The translations under genes and the position numbers were made by a program. The notes below the pieces were generated by a model that was given only the letters and a program-made list of their open reading frames with translations, did not search any database and was not told where the DNA came from. DNA of 64,000 bases, taken from positions 1 to 64,000 of IMG/VR virus record IMGVR_UViG_3300045988_121917; one strand, written 5' to 3'. This stretch comes from a virus. Of this stretch, positions 19,588 to 28,999 are shown piece by piece (the first letter of the stretch is position 1; each line of letters opens with the position of its first letter).

Positions 19588-20247
19588 ATGTCTATAGGAA
19601 TTTATAAAATTGAAAACTTAATTAACCATAAGATTTATATTGGTCAAAGTATAGAAATTGAAAAAAGATGGCAAAAACATCTTAATGCAAAAGATAATTT
19701 TGTTATTCATAAAGCATTACAAAAATATGGAAAAGAAAATTTTTCTTTTCAGATTATAGAAGAATGTGATTTATTAGACTTAGATAATAAAGAGCAATAT
19801 TGGATTAATTATTATAATAGTTTAATCCCAAATGGATATAATATGATTCCAGGTGGGAGTAATGGAGCTGGATTTGCAAAAGGGAAAAAAGTCTTACAAT
19901 ATACTTTAGATGGAGCTTTTATAAAAGAATATAACAGTGCTAATCAAGCTAGTAATCAAACAGGAGTTTGTCATTCTGATATATGCAAATGTTGTAGAGG
20001 AGATGCTCCAAGAGCAGGAGAATATCAATGGAAATATTCTGGAGATGATAAAGAAATTAAGCCTATTAAAGTAAGAACGGATTTTTCTGTTTTACAAATA
20101 GATAAAAATACTGATGAAATTATAAAAGAATTTTCTTCACTAAAAGAGGCTTTTGAACAGACTCATATTGCGAAATCTATTATCTGTAGAGTTTGTAATG
20201 GTAAAGGCAAAACTGCTGGTGGATTTAAGTGGAAATATAAAAAATAA
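19588..20247 (+). CDS. GIY-YIG homing endonuclease (free-standing)
   Basis: IGIYKIENL...IYIGQS...RWQKH...ENFSFQIIEEC at the N-terminus. RBS GAGGAGG. C-terminal region carries a repeated GxKWKY motif. Confidence 0.75.
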   Translation: MSIGIYKIENLINHKIYIGQSIEIEKRWQKHLNAKDNFVIHKALQKYGKENFSFQIIEECDLLDLDNKEQYWINYYNSLIPNGYNMIPGGSNGAGFAKGKKVLQYTLDGAFIKEYNSANQASNQTGVCHSDICKCCRGDAPRAGEYQWKYSGDDKEIKPIKVRTDFSVLQIDKNTDEIIKEFSSLKEAFEQTHIAKSIICRVCNGKGKTAGGFKWKYKK

Positions 20248-20293
20248 AATGTTATAATTAAAATATAAGTTAAAAATAAAGGAGATAAAATAT

Positions 20294-21241
20294 ATGAAAA
20301 GCATGATTAATCGCACCCATTTGGAGGGATTTATTTATGAGCATGACTTACAGTTAAGAGAGTCTGGTGCAAATTCAAAACATCCAGGAACTAAATTTAT
20401 TATGGGTAATCTTAGTATTGCCACTGATAATGATATGACAAATATTGTACCTGTTCATTTTACATATGTAACAGCAACAACTGCAAAAGGAAATACAAAT
20501 GCAACATTTGGTATTCTTAATCAGATTATCAACGGAGAGCTTGGTTCTGTAATGGAACATGGTAAAGAGAATGCTGCAAAAGTTCGTATTGATTCTGCGA
20601 TTGGTTTAAATGAGTTTTATTCTGATAGAAATGGTGAGGAACAGCTTGTTTCTGTAAAAAGAAATGAAGGCGGATTTGTTCATACTTGTGTTGATTTGAA
20701 TGAAGACGAGAAAATGAGAAATACTTTTGAAGCTGATATTCTTATTACAAATGTAAGAACTATTGATGCGAATGAAGAGCAGAATACTCCTGAGAAAGCT
20801 ATTATCAAAGGTGCGATTTTTGACTTCAGAGGTGCGGTTCTTCCTGTTGAATTTTCAGCAATTAATCCAGGAGCCATCTCTTATTTTGAGGGACTTGGCG
20901 CATCTGCAAAAGAACCTGTATTTACAAAAGTAAAAGGTCGTCAGGTGTCTGAAGTAATTACTCGTACAATTACTGAAGAGTCTGCATTTGGTGAGCCTTA
21001 TGTAAGAACTGTTCAGTCTAATAGAAAAGATTGGGTTATTACTTGGGCTCTTCCAGATCCATATGTATGGGATGATAAAAGCACAATTACTGCGGCAGAG
21101 CTGACTGAAGCTCTTGCTAATAGAGAAGTTTATCTTGCTGATGTGAAGAAACGTCAGGACGAGTATAAGGCTTCTAAAGGACAGGCAGCTGCTCCAACTT
21201 CTGCAACTCCTGCAAAGGGCGGCGGCGCATTTAACTTCTAA
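20294..21241 (+). CDS. hypothetical protein, possibly an ssDNA-binding protein
   Basis: 315-aa ORF with strong RBS AAAGGAG. Sits directly upstream of the Sak4-like ATPase. Flexible Ala/Pro/Gly-rich C-terminal tail. Function is inferred from context only. Confidence 0.45.
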   Translation: MKSMINRTHLEGFIYEHDLQLRESGANSKHPGTKFIMGNLSIATDNDMTNIVPVHFTYVTATTAKGNTNATFGILNQIINGELGSVMEHGKENAAKVRIDSAIGLNEFYSDRNGEEQLVSVKRNEGGFVHTCVDLNEDEKMRNTFEADILITNVRTIDANEEQNTPEKAIIKGAIFDFRGAVLPVEFSAINPGAISYFEGLGASAKEPVFTKVKGRQVSEVITRTITEESAFGEPYVRTVQSNRKDWVITWALPDPYVWDDKSTITAAELTEALANREVYLADVKKRQDEYKASKGQAAAPTSATPAKGGGAFNF

Positions 21242-21413
21242 TGACAGTTTCTGAATTAATTATTTTACTACAATCGTATCCAAAAGATGCGATTGTAGTA
21301 AATGATATGGGAATTATATCAAAAGAAGATATTTATATACAAAATGAATTTTATAATGGTGACAGTGCAAATCCTAATTGTGAAATTTTAAAAGATGTTG
21401 TAAGAATTGATTA
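21240..21413 (+). CDS. possible small ORF (57 aa)
   Basis: The ATG overlaps the upstream stop (TAATGA). Below the track length cutoff. Uncertain. Confidence 0.2.
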
Positions 21414-21464
21414 AAATAAAAATTGCGGGTGGTCGGATGCCAATGCCGCAAGAAGGAGAAAAGA

Positions 21465-22442
21465 ATGGGAATTAATTTATTAAATATTGAGCCACATAAG
21501 GTTAGTAAAGATTTAAGTGGATATATCACTTATATCTATGGTGCTCCTAAAACAGGAAAAACAACTTTAGCAGTTCAGATGCCAAAAACACTTTTACTCG
21601 CTTTTGAACGTGGATATAATGCATTACCTGGTGTAATCGCTCAAGATGTTACTTCTTGGGGAGATATGAAACAGGTTATGAGAGAGCTTAAAAAGCCAGA
21701 AGTTAAAGCTAATTTTGATGCCGTAGTTGTTGATACTATTGATATTGCTTCTGATTTTTGTCAGAAATATATCTGTCAGCAAAAAGGTATTGAAGCTCTT
21801 GGAGACCTTGGATATGGAAAAGGCTGGACTGCTTTTAAAGATGAATTTAATGATGTATTTAGAGGTTTAACTCAGTTAGGATACGCAGTATTTTTCATCG
21901 GTCACCACAAAGAGCAGACAATTACAAATGATGATGGAACAGAAAGAATTGTAATTCGTCCTGCGCTTAGTAACTCAACAAGACAGGTCATTGAAGGTAT
22001 GGCTGATATTTATGGATATGCTCATCAGTCTAATAAGAATGAAATGTCTGTATTAACACTTCGTTGTCCAGATGATTCTATTAGCTGTGGTGGTCGTTTT
22101 AAATATATCGCAAGTGAGTTTCCAATGAGTTATGATAATCTTGTAGAAGAAATTCATAAAGCCATTGATAAAGAAGCTCTTGAGCATGGTAATCAGTATG
22201 TTACAGATGAACGTGAAAAGCCTGTTGAGAAAGAGGAATTAAATTATGATGCATTAATGAATAAGTTTCAGGAGTTAGTTGGTAATTTAATGCAAGCTTC
22301 TGAAGCTAATGGACCTAAGATTACGAAGATTATTGATAAATATCTTGGTAAAGGTCGTAAAATTGCAGATGCAACTCCAGAGCAAGTTGAGATGATTAAC
22401 TTAATTGTAACTGAGATTGAAGATGAATTAATGCATAGCTAA
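21465..22442 (+). CDS. Sak4-like / AAA_24 family recombination ATPase
   Basis: Walker A GAPKTGKTT near the N-terminus, Walker B-like VVVDTID. RBS AAGGAG before MGINLL. The track start at 21423 is probably upstream of the true start. Confidence 0.6.
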   Translation: MGINLLNIEPHKVSKDLSGYITYIYGAPKTGKTTLAVQMPKTLLLAFERGYNALPGVIAQDVTSWGDMKQVMRELKKPEVKANFDAVVVDTIDIASDFCQKYICQQKGIEALGDLGYGKGWTAFKDEFNDVFRGLTQLGYAVFFIGHHKEQTITNDDGTERIVIRPALSNSTRQVIEGMADIYGYAHQSNKNEMSVLTLRCPDDSISCGGRFKYIASEFPMSYDNLVEEIHKAIDKEALEHGNQYVTDEREKPVEKEELNYDALMNKFQELVGNLMQASEANGPKITKIIDKYLGKGRKIADATPEQVEMINLIVTEIEDELMHS

Positions 22443-22457
22443 GATATATAATCTTAA

Positions 22458-22494
22458 AGTCAATCCAAGTTATATTCTTGGATTGACTTTTTTA
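22458..22494 (+). terminator. rho-independent terminator
   Basis: AGTCAATCCAAG-TTATATT-CTTGGATTGACT hairpin plus a T6 run. Confidence 0.8.
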
Positions 22495-22511
22495 TTGAAA
22501 AATGATATAAT
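22483..22511 (+). promoter_or_regulatory. sigma70-type promoter TTGACT-N17-TGaTATAAT
   Basis: The -35 is embedded in the 3' arm of the preceding terminator hairpin. -10 at 22506-22511. Confidence 0.6.
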
Positions 22512-22545
22512 ATTATTATAGATTGGGAGAAAGGAGTAAGAATAT

Positions 22546-23073
22546 TTGGCACATAAAGTAAAATGTATATATTGTCATCAAACGTTTGATAGAGATAAAT
22601 ATTCTTTTGTTCAAGTCTCACCAAGAAGATACGCTCATACTGAATGTGCAAGTAAAGAGCAAAGTCGATTAAAACAAGAAGAAGCTGATAAAATAGCTTT
22701 AGAAGAATATATCATTAAATTGTTGGGCGATGACTTTATAACTCCAAGAATTAGAAAACAAATAAATACATACATTGAACAATACCAATATACTTATTCA
22801 GGAATTAGAAAAGCTTTAGTTTATTTTTATGAGATAAAAGGTAATTCTACAGAAAAGGCAAATGGCGGCATAGGTATCGTTCCTTATGTTTATAAAGATG
22901 CTTTTAATTATTATTATTCCATTTGGGAAGCGAATCAAAAAAATCAGGATAAAGATGTTCAAGAGTTTGTTTCAAAAGAAAAAGTTATAAAAATCGAACC
23001 CCCAAAAAGGAATTTGAGAAAACGGAGATTATTTGCATTTTTAGACGAGGAGGAAGCTGAAAGTGGCGAGTAA
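22546..23073 (+). CDS. hypothetical zinc-finger protein
   Basis: TTG start after a GGAGAAAGGAG RBS. CIYCH...HTEC motif. Precedes the helicase. Confidence 0.45.
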   Translation: MAHKVKCIYCHQTFDRDKYSFVQVSPRRYAHTECASKEQSRLKQEEADKIALEEYIIKLLGDDFITPRIRKQINTYIEQYQYTYSGIRKALVYFYEIKGNSTEKANGGIGIVPYVYKDAFNYYYSIWEANQKNQDKDVQEFVSKEKVIKIEPPKRNLRKRRLFAFLDEEEAESGE

Positions 23074-24604
23074 GTATGTCGATGTGACTGCAATAATGCA
23101 GGTAATTGGATGTGTTTATAATAATCCTCAGATTTTGGAGTTTGAAGATAAATATACTATTACAGATGAAGATTTTCCAGATGAATTTCATAGAACTGTA
23201 TTTGGTGCTATTTATAAAGTTTATGAACTTGGAGCAAAAACTATCACGTTAGAAAACTTAGCGGATTTTTTAAGTTCAAGACCAAAATCGGCGGCGATAT
23301 ATAAGAAAAATGATGGTGATAAATGGCTATTAAAAGTAGCTGATATCGCATCTCAGTTGTCTTTTGATTTCTATTATAATAGATTAAAAAAGATGACTTT
23401 ATTAAGGGCATATGATAACTATGGAGTAGATGTTTCTGATATCTACGACCCAGATAATATCTTAGATGTAAAAAAGAAACAACTTCAAGAAGACTTGTTA
23501 GATAATTCTTCTTTAGAGGAAATTGCGGATAGAGTTGACCGTAAGATAAGCGATATTCGTTTAAAATATGTTGATGATACTACTGGAGAAGCTATTCAAG
23601 CTGGAAAAGGTGTTTTACAATTAATCCAGAAATTTAAAGATCATCCAGAAGTAGGAGTTCCTCTTTATGGAAGATTAGTAAATACAGTTACTCGTGGAGC
23701 AAGATTAAAAAAGTTTTATTTACGTTCTGCGGCAACTGGTATAGGTAAGACTCGTTCAATGATTGCAGATGCTTGTAATATAGCTTGTAATAAAATATAT
23801 GATGAGTCTTTTGGATGGATTAAAAATGGTACATCTGAGCCAACTTTATTTATTACAACAGAGCAGGAACTTGAAGAAATCCAAACAATGATGTTAGCTT
23901 TTCTTTCCAATGTAAATGAAGAGCATATTATTAATGGTGAATATGAAGGCGATGAAGAAGAGCGAGTTATTAAAGCTGGAGAGATTCTTGAAAGTAGCCC
24001 ATTATATGTAGAAGAATTACCAGATTTTTCATTAAAAGATGTTGAAAATGTAATTAAGAAAAATATTCGTGACCATGATGTTAAGTATATTTTTCACGAT
24101 TATATTCATACCAGTTTGAAAATTTTGGAAGAAATCACAAAAAGAAGTGGTGGAGTAAAACTTCGTGAAGATAATATCTTATTTATGTTATCAAATAAAT
24201 TAAAAGATATTTGTAATCAGTATGGAGTCTTTATTATGTCTGCAACGCAGTTAAATGGAGACTATCAAGAAGCTAAAACTCCTGACCAGAATTTACTTCG
24301 TGGTGCAAAATCTATTGCTGATAAGATTGACTATGGTTCAATTTTATTAAGTGTTAAAGAAGAAGACATTGATGCTCTTGATTCAATTCTTTCTTCAAAT
24401 ATTTTTGAAAAGCCTACTATTAAAATGTCTGTTTACAAGAATAGACGTGGTAGATATAAAGGAATTATTATGTGGTGTAAAGCAGATTTAGGTACTTGTA
24501 GAATCCAGCCTATGTTCTGTACTACATATGATTATGAACTTATTAACATGGACGATATAAAAATTATTGTAGAGAAAGGTGCTTGGGACGATGATGAAGA
24601 GTGA
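23063..24604 (+). CDS. dnaB: DnaB-like replicative DNA helicase
   Basis: Walker A AATGIGKT, RecA-like C-terminal domain, N-terminal helical domain. GTG start after GAGGAGGAAG. Confidence 0.75.
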   Translation: MASKYVDVTAIMQVIGCVYNNPQILEFEDKYTITDEDFPDEFHRTVFGAIYKVYELGAKTITLENLADFLSSRPKSAAIYKKNDGDKWLLKVADIASQLSFDFYYNRLKKMTLLRAYDNYGVDVSDIYDPDNILDVKKKQLQEDLLDNSSLEEIADRVDRKISDIRLKYVDDTTGEAIQAGKGVLQLIQKFKDHPEVGVPLYGRLVNTVTRGARLKKFYLRSAATGIGKTRSMIADACNIACNKIYDESFGWIKNGTSEPTLFITTEQELEEIQTMMLAFLSNVNEEHIINGEYEGDEEERVIKAGEILESSPLYVEELPDFSLKDVENVIKKNIRDHDVKYIFHDYIHTSLKILEEITKRSGGVKLREDNILFMLSNKLKDICNQYGVFIMSATQLNGDYQEAKTPDQNLLRGAKSIADKIDYGSILLSVKEEDIDALDSILSSNIFEKPTIKMSVYKNRRGRYKGIIMWCKADLGTCRIQPMFCTTYDYELINMDDIKIIVEKGAWDDDEE

Positions 24605-24881
24605 AAAAAATTATAGTGAGAAAAATTATAAGGTAAACAATTTTACAAAGAAGAAAACGAAAAAGAAAGAAAGTAGAGTAGCAAAAGTTGCTCGTCAGTA
24701 TGTAGCTCCAAAAGAAATCAGAGCTGGTATGCAGTTTGAATATAAAATGCCTATCCCTATGTATGAGGACATTCTTAAAGAGTGTAAGAAAGATGGCGGC
24801 GAGGCTCAGGTATATCTTTGTAACTGGGTAAATGAGCAGTTTGGATTGCTTGGAACTTGCGTAAAAGTTATTCCAGGTTAA
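24591..24881 (+). CDS. hypothetical protein
   Basis: ORF overlapping the helicase stop. Internal ATG chosen. Confidence 0.4.
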   Translation: MMKSEKNYSEKNYKVNNFTKKKTKKKESRVAKVARQYVAPKEIRAGMQFEYKMPIPMYEDILKECKKDGGEAQVYLCNWVNEQFGLLGTCVKVIPG

Positions 24882-24885
24882 TGCT

Positions 24886-25074
24886 ATGGATAAGCAAGAA
24901 ATAACAATTCTTCGACTTATAGGACAGGATAAATTCGTTGCTGGCAGAAAATTAACTCTGTCAGCAGACGAATATAAGATAACCGGTCCAATGAAAGAGT
25001 TTGAAGAACAAACTGGAATAGATTTAACCGCAATAACAGATTTAATATTCTTTTGGCCAGAAAGTGAAAAGTAA
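24886..25074 (+). CDS. hypothetical small protein
   Basis: 62-aa ORF. Confidence 0.3.
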   Translation: MDKQEITILRLIGQDKFVAGRKLTLSADEYKITGPMKEFEEQTGIDLTAITDLIFFWPESEK

Positions 25075-26181
25075 ATGATTAATTATGATAAAAGCGAAAT
25101 TAGAGAAGTTTTAGAATTAGAAAATATATTTGAGTTATTGCAGGAGTGGGGAGGAGACCCAGAGTATACTGGCTTTGGAATCCTCTCTTCTACTATATGT
25201 CATAATGAACCAGGAGAAGGAAGTCGTAAACTATATTATTATAATAACTCAGGTTTGTTTAGATGTTATACTGGTTGTGATAGTTATTTTGATATTTTTG
25301 AATTAACCAGAAAAGTTGCTAAGATTCAATGGTCAGAAGAATATGATTTGAATGATGCAGTGCGTTGGGTTGCAAGAAGATTTGGTATCGCAGGAAGAAA
25401 TGAAGATGGTTCTGAGTCTGATGATAAAATTGAGGATTGGAAACTTTTAGCGAATTATGAAAAAATAAAAGAAATAGAGTTAAAAGAAAATAAGATAGAA
25501 TTAAAAGAATTTAATACAGATATTTTAACACGATTTAATTATAATGTTCTTATTATGCCTTGGATAAAAGAGGGAATAACTAATGAAGTTATGAAACTTG
25601 CTCAGATAGGTTATTATCCAGGAGCAGATCAAATTACGATTCCGCATTTTGATATTAATGGTAGGTTTATTGGTTTAAGAGGCCGAACTTTAATTGCGGA
25701 CGAAGCCGAGATATATGGAAAATATAGACCTATGCGAATTAATAAAGTATTATATAATCATCCTCTTGGAATGAATTTATATGGATTAAATTGGAGCAAA
25801 GATAATATTAAAACAATGGGAAAAGCTATTGTTTTTGAATCTGAAAAATCTGTATTAATGTATGCAAGTTATTTTGGTTGGGACAACAATATTTCAGTTG
25901 CTTGTTGCGGTTCAAGCTTGTCCGCAAGGCAAATTCAATTATTGAAAGATGTTGGAGCAAAAGAAATTATTATTGCTTTTGATAGACAGTTTCAAGAAAT
26001 TGGAGATAAAGAATTTAAACACTTAACAAGAAATCTTACAAGAATTAATGATAAATATAAAAATGATGTAAATATTAGCTTTATATTTGATAAGAATATG
26101 ATTACTGGATATAAAGCAAGTCCGATAGATGAAGGATCTGAAAAATTTCTTATATTATTTAAAGAAAGGATTTTATTATGA
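25075..26181 (+). CDS. dnaG: DnaG-like DNA primase
   Basis: CHC2-type zinc finger (CHNEPG...CYTGC) followed by a Toprim-like region (IVFESEKS, IIIAFDRQ). Confidence 0.7.
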   Translation: MINYDKSEIREVLELENIFELLQEWGGDPEYTGFGILSSTICHNEPGEGSRKLYYYNNSGLFRCYTGCDSYFDIFELTRKVAKIQWSEEYDLNDAVRWVARRFGIAGRNEDGSESDDKIEDWKLLANYEKIKEIELKENKIELKEFNTDILTRFNYNVLIMPWIKEGITNEVMKLAQIGYYPGADQITIPHFDINGRFIGLRGRTLIADEAEIYGKYRPMRINKVLYNHPLGMNLYGLNWSKDNIKTMGKAIVFESEKSVLMYASYFGWDNNISVACCGSSLSARQIQLLKDVGAKEIIIAFDRQFQEIGDKEFKHLTRNLTRINDKYKNDVNISFIFDKNMITGYKASPIDEGSEKFLILFKERILL

Positions 26182-26477
26182 TAGTAGATGAGCCTTTTAA
26201 CCCTAATAAATATCCATTAAGAGACTATGCCAGTTTTAGTATAGAAGTGCCTATTCATGGAGATAGATATGGCGCCAGATGTAAATTTTCTCGGGCACAT
26301 AGGGAAGTATTAGATATTATTGATGCAAATATGATTAGTTTTACTTTTCAAGATTATTGGGAATTTAATGAATTTGTAGATATGTTAAATCAAATGAAAA
26401 AATCCATTGATGAAAAAGCTGGATATGGAAAAGAAATAGGCTTAGTAAATAAAATTAATTTTGATAATGGAGAGTGA
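26178..26477 (+). CDS. hypothetical protein
   Basis: 99-aa ORF, ATGA-coupled to the primase. Confidence 0.4.
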   Translation: MIVDEPFNPNKYPLRDYASFSIEVPIHGDRYGARCKFSRAHREVLDIIDANMISFTFQDYWEFNEFVDMLNQMKKSIDEKAGYGKEIGLVNKINFDNGE

Positions 26478-26507
26478 TGGAGATATGAAAGGAGGTTGAA
26501 ATCAACT

Positions 26508-28289
26508 ATGGATTATCAACTTAAAACACCATTGCTCCCAATTAAAAATGAATATACAGTGGTAGAGCGGGTATTTGCAATAAGAGGAGTAGATCCAAAA
26601 GATATTCCTCATTATCTTAATACAACTAAAGAAGATATTTTAGACCCTGGTTTAATTATGAATATAGATGAAGGAGTAAGAATGTTGGCAAGACATATCA
26701 GCCAACAGGATAAGATTTATATTCAAGTAGATAGTGATTGCGATGGTTTTACGTCTGCGGCATTCCTTATTCATTATTTAAACCGATTATTTCCAGGGTA
26801 TACTCAAACAAAAGTTTCATATGGATTACATTCCGGTAAACAGCACGGACTTTATGAAGAGTTTATTCCAGATTTTATAAATGAAGATTATAAACTAATT
26901 ATTGCACCAGATTCGTCAAGTAATAATTATGAAGTACATAAAAAGCTTAAAGAACTCGGAGTTGATGTATTGGTTATTGACCACCATGAAGCTGAAAAAG
27001 TTTCAGAAGATGCGTGTGTAATAAATAATCAATTATGTGATTATCCAACTAAGTCCTTATCTGGTGTAGGTATGGTTTATAAATTTTGTTCTTATTTTGA
27101 TTCAATCATGGGAACAGATTGGGCAAATTACTATCTTGATTTGGCTGCACTTGGAATCATTGCAGATATGATGGATATTCGAGATTTTGAAACAAGAGAA
27201 ATTATTAATCTTGGTTTAGCATCTATTGAAAATCCATTCTTTAAAGAAATGGTAAAAGTGCAAGATTATTCCATTAGCAGAGCAGGTGGATTGTGTCCAT
27301 TTGCAGTTAGTTTTTATATTGCACCGCAGATAAATGGAACTATTCGTATGGGTTCTGCAAATGAGAAACTTATGCTTTTTGAATCTATGTTAGATTTTAA
27401 AGCTTATGACCAAATTCCTTCTACCAAAAGAGGATGTAAAGGTCAGTTTGAAACTCGTGTAGAGCAGGCTTGCCGCAATTGTACAAATATTAAACGTAAT
27501 CAATCTAAAGCCATTGATGCAAGTCTCCAAACAATTGAAGAAATTATAAAAGATAAATCTCTTGAAGAAAATAAAATTATTGCAGTTAAACTTGCTGCTG
27601 GAGCAATAAATAAAAATTTAACTGGACTTATTGCAAATCAGTTAATGGCTAAATATAATCATCCATTCCTTATTCTTATGGAACATCCACAAGAGGATGG
27701 TAGTATTAGTTTAGAAGGTTCTGGTAGAAGCTATGAAACTTCTAATTTTAATGATTTAAGAACATTTATTCGAGATAGCGGTTATGCTAGTCTTGCAGAA
27801 GGCCATCCTAATGCGTTTGGTGCAGCTATTCCAGAAGATAAGTTTAGTGATTTTATTCAGTATTCAAATGAAGCTTTAAAAGAATGCTCATTTACTCCAT
27901 GTCAGAAAGTTGATTTTATCTGGGATGCAAATGACTTTAAAGCAAATGATATTATTGATTTAGCTGAATTAAATACTATTTGGGGACAAGAGCTTGCGGA
28001 ACCAATTGTCGTAATTAAAAATATTAAAGTAACTAAAGATAATTTATCTTATATGGGAAAAGGTGGCAGATGTCCTTCATTTAAAATTACTTTACCCAAT
28101 GGAACAAGTTTAATTAAGTTTAGAATTACTGATGAAGAATTTGATTCATTACTTCCTACTAATGCTACTGGTAGTAAAAATATTACAGTTATAGGAACTT
28201 GTGCAATTAATGAATGGAATGGTCGTATAACTCCTCAGATTAAAGTTAGTGATTATGAAATCACAGGAGAGACTAAATATTATTTTTAA
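26508..28289 (+). CDS. recJ: RecJ-like DHH/DHHA1 ssDNA exonuclease
   Basis: DHH motifs DSDCDG and VIDHHE, and a DHHA1 GHPNAFG motif. RBS AAAGGAGG before MDYQL. The track TTG at 26496 is probably not the start. Confidence 0.75.
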   Translation: MDYQLKTPLLPIKNEYTVVERVFAIRGVDPKDIPHYLNTTKEDILDPGLIMNIDEGVRMLARHISQQDKIYIQVDSDCDGFTSAAFLIHYLNRLFPGYTQTKVSYGLHSGKQHGLYEEFIPDFINEDYKLIIAPDSSSNNYEVHKKLKELGVDVLVIDHHEAEKVSEDACVINNQLCDYPTKSLSGVGMVYKFCSYFDSIMGTDWANYYLDLAALGIIADMMDIRDFETREIINLGLASIENPFFKEMVKVQDYSISRAGGLCPFAVSFYIAPQINGTIRMGSANEKLMLFESMLDFKAYDQIPSTKRGCKGQFETRVEQACRNCTNIKRNQSKAIDASLQTIEEIIKDKSLEENKIIAVKLAAGAINKNLTGLIANQLMAKYNHPFLILMEHPQEDGSISLEGSGRSYETSNFNDLRTFIRDSGYASLAEGHPNAFGAAIPEDKFSDFIQYSNEALKECSFTPCQKVDFIWDANDFKANDIIDLAELNTIWGQELAEPIVVIKNIKVTKDNLSYMGKGGRCPSFKITLPNGTSLIKFRITDEEFDSLLPTNATGSKNITVIGTCAINEWNGRITPQIKVSDYEITGETKYYF

Positions 28290-28293
28290 AATT

Positions 28294-28326
28294 ATATGGC
28301 GTATATAATGTACGCCATATTTTTGT
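28294..28326 (+). terminator. rho-independent terminator
   Basis: ATATGGCGTATATAATGTACGCCATAT hairpin plus T5. Confidence 0.75.
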
Positions 28327-28430
28327 ACCCATATGCGAGAATAGCAGTTCTTCCGGCGGTGATGGGTCCTAACAACCGTAATCCAAAACAAAAAGTGGTC
28401 TTAGAAATTTTTCACCAAAAATGCCTTATA

Positions 28431-28459
28431 TTGATTTTTTACTTAAAAAATGGTATAAT
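28431..28459 (+). promoter_or_regulatory. sigma70-type promoter TTGATT-N17-TGgTATAAT
   Basis: -35 at 28431-28436, -10 at 28454-28459. Followed by the shared 18-mer TATAATATTTATATAAT. Confidence 0.65.
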
Positions 28460-28490
28460 ATTTATATAATCAAAAGGGATGGTATATATT

Positions 28491-28787
28491 ATGATAAGAG
28501 AAGCTGAAGAATTAAAAAATAAATTAGATGTAACAGTAATTAATAAGGACCAGTTAAATAAAATTTTACTTGAAAGACTTAATTTTGCCTTTGATAGTTT
28601 ATATTTTCGATACGCTATGGCTATCAAAGAACTTGGTGAATATAAAGAAAGAGAAGCATTAAAAGAAGGTAGACATTTTTCCCGTAAAAATTGGGAAGAG
28701 GGTCAGTGTATGCATTTTTATAAAGTATTAGAGGAGATATTAGAAGCCCATGCAGAAGATCACCCACTTCGATCAAACAAGGAATGA
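28491..28787 (+). CDS. hypothetical protein
   Basis: About 98-aa ORF downstream of the promoter. The start could also be 28479. Confidence 0.4.
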   Translation: MIREAEELKNKLDVTVINKDQLNKILLERLNFAFDSLYFRYAMAIKELGEYKEREALKEGRHFSRKNWEEGQCMHFYKVLEEILEAHAEDHPLRSNKE

Positions 28788-28999
28788 TTCAATTAGAGCT
28801 TTTAAATTAACTAAAAGTGATATATTTTCAATTTCCATGAAAACGTATATGAAAAGTTCATTTTTATGGAATGGAAATTTTAAGATAATGGGATTTAAAA
28901 AAGAACGAGTATATTTATATTGGCATTATTATAGAATTCCAACGCCATTTAAACAGCAAATGATTAGATTAATGTATATGAAAGAGAGTAATGAAATAA

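Noticed and set aside
28326-28400. Possible tRNA in the GC-rich intergenic patch
   Set aside because: There is no acceptor/T-arm architecture and no GTTC-type T-loop on either strand. It is only a simple hairpin.
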